Below, piece after piece: positions 7,350 to 11,031 of a stretch of 11,031 nucleotides of DNA. Source of the stretch: a bacterium (GTDB lineage Bacteria > Zhuqueibacterota > Zhuqueibacteria > Zhuqueibacterales > Zhuqueibacteraceae); contig JBIOXB010000068.1 of assembly GCA_044869275.1 (NCBI GenBank), positions 1-11,031 of the forward strand, read 5' to 3'. The position numbers and the translations under genes are program-made. Each line of letters starts with the position of its first letter. Position 1 is the first letter of the stretch. The notes below the pieces were generated by a model. That model saw nothing but the letters and a program-made list of their open reading frames with translations. It was not told the DNA's origin and searched no databases.

Positions 7350-8938
7350 TCCAAAGAATTCCTCAGCGCCGGCAGCGTCAGGGTTGCCACCGTTCCCTTG
7401 CCGGTTTGCGATTTGAATCTCAGCTCGCCGCCGTGATCCTGGACGATCTTGTAGGAAATCGAGAGCCCCAAGCCGGTGCCGCCCAGCTCGCGCTTAGTAG
7501 TGAAAAAGGGATCGAAAATGCGCTTCAATTCCGGCTCGGGAATGCCGGCCCCTTCGTCGACGACGCGCACCACAATTTGATTCCGCGCCGCGTCGTAGGC
7601 GGTTTCGATTCCCAGGCCCGCTTCGGGGCTGGGCAGCGCCTGGCAGGAATTGGTGATGAGGTTGATCAACACTTGTTCGAGTTGTTGCGCATTGCCCATG
7701 AGCGGCGGAAGATTCTCGTTGAGCGCCACGCTGAACTTGCGCGTGGATTCTTTAATCAACGCGTGGACGATGGTGAGGGCATTGTCAACCACGGTATTGA
7801 TGTCCACCCATTCCTTCGCGCCCATGCCGCCGTCGCGGGCAAAATCCTTCAAGCTCTGCACGATTTTTTGAATGCGTTTGGAGCCATCGATCAATCCCGC
7901 GAAGAGTTGTGTGGTTTTGCCGTACATTCTCGAATAATGCAAACCGGCGAGAATGAAATCGCCGTTGCGCGCCGCATATTCGTCCAGAATGGGTCTGATT
8001 TCGCGCCAGCCGCGCGACAGAAACTTGGCGTTCAGCAAGATGTAGTTGTTGGGATTGTTGATTTCGTGCGCCATGCCCGCCACCAGAATACCCAAGCTCG
8101 CCAGCTTGTCCGCTTGCATGAGCTGCTGCCGCCGCATTTCGGCGAGCTCTTCCGCTTTTTTCCGGCCGGTGATATTTCTTACCAAACCGTCATACGAAGA
8201 GACCGCGCCGTTCGCATCTTTGCGCAGGACGATGAAATTCTTCACCCAGCGCACGCTGCCATCCTTATGGATGATTCTGTGCTCGAGACCGGGAACGGCC
8301 TCGCCTTGCATGGCGCGATTCGTCCGCGCGATCACGGTTTGGCGATCCTCTTCGTGCACCATGCGGTACCAAAGCTCGTTGTCTGCCTCGAGTTCTTCCG
8401 GTGCGTAACCCGTGACCGCCACACAGCCCGGCCCATGCCTGGTTTCGAGCACCTTGCCGTCAGCAATGCGCACGGTGTAAATATAATCCGTCACCGAAAC
8501 CAGCAGTCTTTTGTAACGCTGCTCGCTCTCGCGCAGCGCTTCCTCGGCGCTCTTACGCACGCTGATGTTGGTGATCAAGCCGTCGTATGAAACCAAGCGG
8601 CCACGCTCGTCTTTGTTCAAGGCGATGGTGCTCTTGACCCAGCGCAAGGAGCCATCGCGATGGGTGATGCGATGCTCGAGCGGCGGTTGCTCTTCGCCGG
8701 CCAGCGCGCGCTGCGCGTGTATGGCAACGGCCGCACGATCATCTGCATAAACCATCTTGTACCACAAATCGGGATCGGTGCGATGATCGTCGGGAGTATA
8801 GCCGGTAATTTCCGCGCAGCCTTCGCCGTGATAGGTTTCGACGGCCATGCCATTTTCCACCCGCACGGTATAAATGTAGCCTTTGATCGCCTGGATGAGT
8901 GTTCTCATGCGATGCGCGGTCATGAATTGATCGGGCAT
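7346..8938 (-). CDS. Cytoplasmic two-component sensor histidine kinase with two PAS/PAC domains
   Basis: Two repeats ending EHRIxHxDGSxRWV (PAS/PAC); H-box AGMAHEINNP; N-box EQVLINLITNS; DEGAGI; IFDPFFTTK; GGTGLGLS. No transmembrane stretch. ATG 8938 chosen (GAGGAG 11 nt upstream); GTG 8947 is only 2 nt from that SD. Confidence 0.95.
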   Translation of the reverse strand: MPDQFMTAHRMRTLIQAIKGYIYTVRVENGMAVETYHGEGCAEITGYTPDDHRTDPDLWYKMVYADDRAAVAIHAQRALAGEEQPPLEHRITHRDGSLRWVKSTIALNKDERGRLVSYDGLITNISVRKSAEEALRESEQRYKRLLVSVTDYIYTVRIADGKVLETRHGPGCVAVTGYAPEELEADNELWYRMVHEEDRQTVIARTNRAMQGEAVPGLEHRIIHKDGSVRWVKNFIVLRKDANGAVSSYDGLVRNITGRKKAEELAEMRRQQLMQADKLASLGILVAGMAHEINNPNNYILLNAKFLSRGWREIRPILDEYAARNGDFILAGLHYSRMYGKTTQLFAGLIDGSKRIQKIVQSLKDFARDGGMGAKEWVDINTVVDNALTIVHALIKESTRKFSVALNENLPPLMGNAQQLEQVLINLITNSCQALPSPEAGLGIETAYDAARNQIVVRVVDEGAGIPEPELKRIFDPFFTTKRELGGTGLGLSISYKIVQDHGGELRFKSQTGKGTVATLTLPALRNSLE

Positions 8939-9078
8939 AACTTGCACAACTCCTCGAAGTCTTCGGTTTGCTCACTGCTTCAGATAATTTAAGCTTTTCC
9001 GTAACCGAATACAAGGCGGCAGTTTTGCTTTCCAACTCGCCCAAACCCGCAAGCATGAGGCGAAACACTCTGCTGAAT

Positions 9079-9447
9079 TTATGGAAGAATCCAAATGCCG
9101 GCAACGAGTTCGTGGCCGCAGTGGCGGCCGTGGTGGTGTCCTTCGAAGAGAAACCAATCATCATCGCAACGAAAGTGGCCGCAATCATCCGTATGGATGT
9201 GACCCTCCACAACAATCACGAGCCGGGCGCGATCATGCTCGTGCCGTGAGTGATGCTTGTGATGTTTGCGGTGCTTACGATGCCCGTGATCATCATCATC
9301 GTCATCCCGTTCATGATCATGGTGTCCATAATCGTGATGATCAGGATGAGATGACAACCGCACCGCGCAACCCATGCTCCCCCAGCCGGGCAGCGCAACC
9401 AACAGGCCCCCAGCCAGGATTTTCTTGATCAGAGTGTTCGGCTTCAT
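9079..9447 (-). CDS. His-rich putative lipoprotein with two EGHxHxxxCGH repeats (candidate metal-binding protein)
   Basis: Basic N-terminus, hydrophobic stretch ILAGGLLVALPGWG and lipobox-like SMG-C27; 23 His in 122 aa; C-terminal repeats EGHIHTDDCGH-x6-W and EGHHHGRHCGH-x6-W; GGAG 11 nt upstream of ATG. Confidence 0.8.
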   Translation of the reverse strand: MKPNTLIKKILAGGLLVALPGWGSMGCAVRLSSHPDHHDYGHHDHERDDDDDDHGHRKHRKHHKHHSRHEHDRARLVIVVEGHIHTDDCGHFRCDDDWFLFEGHHHGRHCGHELVAGIWILP

Positions 9448-9564
9448 GGCTCACATTTCTCCAGTGTGATTCGTTTTGGGCAGCTAACAATTCCGGCGCT
9501 CCCCGCATCTCAAAGCATCTACAAGCGCGGCGAGCCGCCGGAGGTTTCAATCGTTCCGATCACA

Positions 9565-9581
9565 CTGCAACTTTTCCACCA
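9565..9581 (-). promoter_or_regulatory. Possible weak sigma-54 promoter for the His-rich lipoprotein gene
   Basis: Minus strand TGGTGGAAAAGTTGCAG: GG-N10-GC with a good TTGCA core but a non-consensus -24 half (TGGTGG); ~120 bp upstream of the ATG. Confidence 0.3.
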
Positions 9582-9816
9582 AGCCGAATTTCAAACGGTT
9601 AAATAGCTGTAACTGAAGATTTGCAGGATAGAATAATAATGCCCCTGGTCAAATACTTTCAGCATGGCGGTGGGGCCCCAGTTTTGTCAAATCATGCGCA
9701 CACTAGGCGATGAACTCACCAAAATCGGAAAAAAACTCTGAAGCTCTCCATGATCAACTGATTCATTAAGGCTATAGATAATTTGATAATGTTGCGTTGA
9801 ATTGAGTAAAAGCCAA

Positions 9817-9925
9817 GACAGAAAAATGAAGGACAGAAAGATAGCCATTGATCTCATTCCAGGAGGCTGGTTGGGTACGGGAGAGCGCAAGCGACAAACA
9901 TCTTTCTGCCCTGCATTTTTCTGTC
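9817..9925. repeat. 26-bp inverted repeat with doublet arms (REP-like)
   Basis: GACAGAAAAATGAAGGACAGAAAGAT (9817-9842) and ATCTTTCTGCCCTGCATTTTTCTGTC (9900-9925): 24/26 complementary, 57-nt spacer. Confidence 0.85.
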
Positions 9926-9980
9926 ATCTGCTTTTTTTGCAGAATATTATTTCCATCGCTTCTGCCCTCTGGCTTCGGGC

Positions 9981-10004
9981 TTCATCCCGACCCTTCGGGA
10001 TGAA
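9981..10004. repeat. TCATCCCG-N6-CGGGAT palindrome, copy 1
   Basis: TTCATCCCGA-CCCT-TCGGGATGAA, perfect 10-bp stem, extendable by CTTCGGG (9973-9979) with TCCGAGG (10007-10013). Confidence 0.75.
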
Positions 10005-10155
10005 AATCCGAGGTAGGCTCTTAAAGAATCAAACATAGAATAAAGTTCTAAAAGTTCGGCCCACGGAAATGGAACTCCCACGGAAAGAAGCTTTTCATTA
10101 AACCTGGCGTAGTTCCTGAACTGTCAGATTTGTGTAAGAAAAAGCAAAAACTCTC

Positions 10156-10208
10156 GCGCAAAGACGCAAAAAGGGTATTCACAATGAATACCCTTTTTGT
10201 TCTTGCGC
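10156..10208. repeat. Long hairpin with perfect 15-bp core; bidirectional terminator-like / REP-like
   Basis: CAAAAAGGGTATTCA-caa-TGAATACCCTTTTTG (10167-10199), extended imperfectly by GCGCAAAGACG and TTCTTGCGC; A5 and T5 runs on either side. Confidence 0.8.
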
Positions 10209-10250
10209 ACATCCTAGTGCGCTGTAACCTTGAAAACTGCACCTTTATCG

Positions 10251-10275
10251 TGTCATCCCGCCGTTGCGGAATCTT
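10251..10275 (+). repeat. TCATCCCG-N6-CGGRAT palindrome, copy 2
   Basis: TGTCATCCCG-CCGTTG-CGGAATCTT; 18/19 non-loop positions identical to copy 3. Confidence 0.7.
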
Positions 10276-10308
10276 GGCAGAATTGAGCACTGTGCTTTTT
10301 GAGCAAAG

Positions 10309-10374
10309 AAATCCAAAATCCAAAGCTCAAAATTCAATACCACCTTTGGGCATTGTGTTTTGAGTTTTTCGTTT
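10309..10374. repeat. Degenerate heptamer tandem repeat with inverted counterpart
   Basis: AAATCCA AAATCCA AAGCTCA AAATTCA (10309-10336), then T-rich heptamers TTTGGGC ATTGTGT TTTGAGT TTTTCGT (10345-10372). Confidence 0.6.
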
Positions 10375-10812
10375 CCGGCTTGTCCGGGTTATGGATTTGG
10401 CCAGCTTCCCCAGACGGCACTCATGCCTGAAAAGTTTGCACCGTTTCGCCTCCTTTCCATTTACTTGATCAGGATTCCATTCTTCAACTGAACTGGACGC
10501 CGAGCCCACTCGTGCTTTGGCGCCCAAGTGAATTGGGAGAGGGTATTCTTGTCAGCCAAGATAAAGTATGAGCGAAATGAACCAGAAACTCAAGCGATGT
10601 TACAGAATCTTAAGCGTTGTTGCTGAACTTTCATACTTCTTACGAAGTAGAGAATTTACATTTGCATACCAGCATGCCAGCCGCGCATGTGGATTTGGGC
10701 AAGGGATGTGGAAGCGGTAACAACTGAAGGCGAAGCGAGCTCATGGCGTTTTCGCATGATGAGCCGCATTAGTCAGCTATAAGTGATATCTCTGCAATAA
10801 AGCAAAGATTGA

Positions 10813-10881
10813 TTCCACGCGGATTAAAAAACCACGCTGATAGTTTAAAGACTTCCGTGTGGTTTTTTGATCCGTGTGGAA
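10813..10881. repeat. 23-bp inverted repeat with doublet arms (REP-like)
   Basis: TTCCACGCGGATTAAAAAACCAC (10813-10835) and GTGGTTTTTTGATCCGTGTGGAA (10859-10881): 21/23 Watson-Crick, and both mismatches are G-T on the plus strand. Confidence 0.85.
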
Positions 10882-10959
10882 CCATTACGGAAGCGATTTT
10901 TTAACGTCCTGCTAATATACTACCACGTTAATTTCATGTGCTTGCACAAAATCCAGTAC

Positions 10960-10984
10960 TGTCATCCCGAGACTTCGGGATCTT
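10960..10984 (+). repeat. TCATCCCG-N6-CGGGAT palindrome, copy 3
   Basis: TGTCATCCCG-AGACTT-CGGGATCTT (stem ATCCCGA/TCGGGAT). Confidence 0.75.
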
Positions 10985-11031
10985 CCCAAGCGCTGGGCAC
11001 GGAGCCGAAATGGGCAGTGATACTGCACCAT

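Noticed and set aside
5995..8992. Plus-strand ORFs including 6657-7274 and 7406-8590
   Set aside because: Antisense shadows of the response regulator and kinase.
8739..9428. Alternative-frame ORFs overlapping the His-rich gene (8739-9215, 8972-9157, 9081-9428, 9216-9398)
   Set aside because: Products of the CAT/GAT-rich low-complexity sequence; only 9079-9447 has an SD, signal peptide and repeat structure.
9687..10527. Short ORFs 9687-9890, 9802-10038, 10048-10323, 10130-10363, 10327-10527
   Set aside because: They run through the palindromic repeats, overlap each other on opposite strands and show no protein motifs.
10662..10679. Minus-strand TGGCATGCTGGTATGCAA as a sigma-54 promoter
   Set aside because: GG-to-GC spacing is 11 rather than the required 10.
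10568..10720. 50-aa plus-strand ORF followed by a hairpin (~10739-10764), considered as an integron cassette with attC
   Set aside because: No SD, no proper RYYYAAC match, no closing GTTRRRY and no integrase in view.
9800..11031. CRISPR array
   Set aside because: Repeats are heterogeneous and irregularly spaced (hundreds of bp apart); no constant repeat-spacer period and no cas genes.

Overview
Bacterial chromosomal window whose credible genes all lie on the minus strand. In transcription order (right to left): a 122-aa His-rich putative lipoprotein (9079-9447); a soluble PAS-PAS histidine kinase (7346-8938); an adjoining NtrC-type sigma-54 enhancer-binding response regulator (5913-7349); a 660-bp control region containing a good sigma-54 -24/-12 motif, an IHF-like palindrome, a tandem repeat, a 25-aa ORF with a perfect Shine-Dalgarno and a ~100-nt structured element; a LacI-family regulator that appears to have lost about a third of its length by in-frame internal deletion (4623-5252); a 66-aa GNAT-like remnant (4418-4618); and glutamate synthase large subunit gltB (4317 to beyond position 1, absent from the ORF track because its stop is outside the window). 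The last ~1.6 kb (9450-11031) has no convincing gene but is packed with several kinds of palindromic REP-like elements. Most long plus-strand ORFs in the track are antisense shadows of the real genes.
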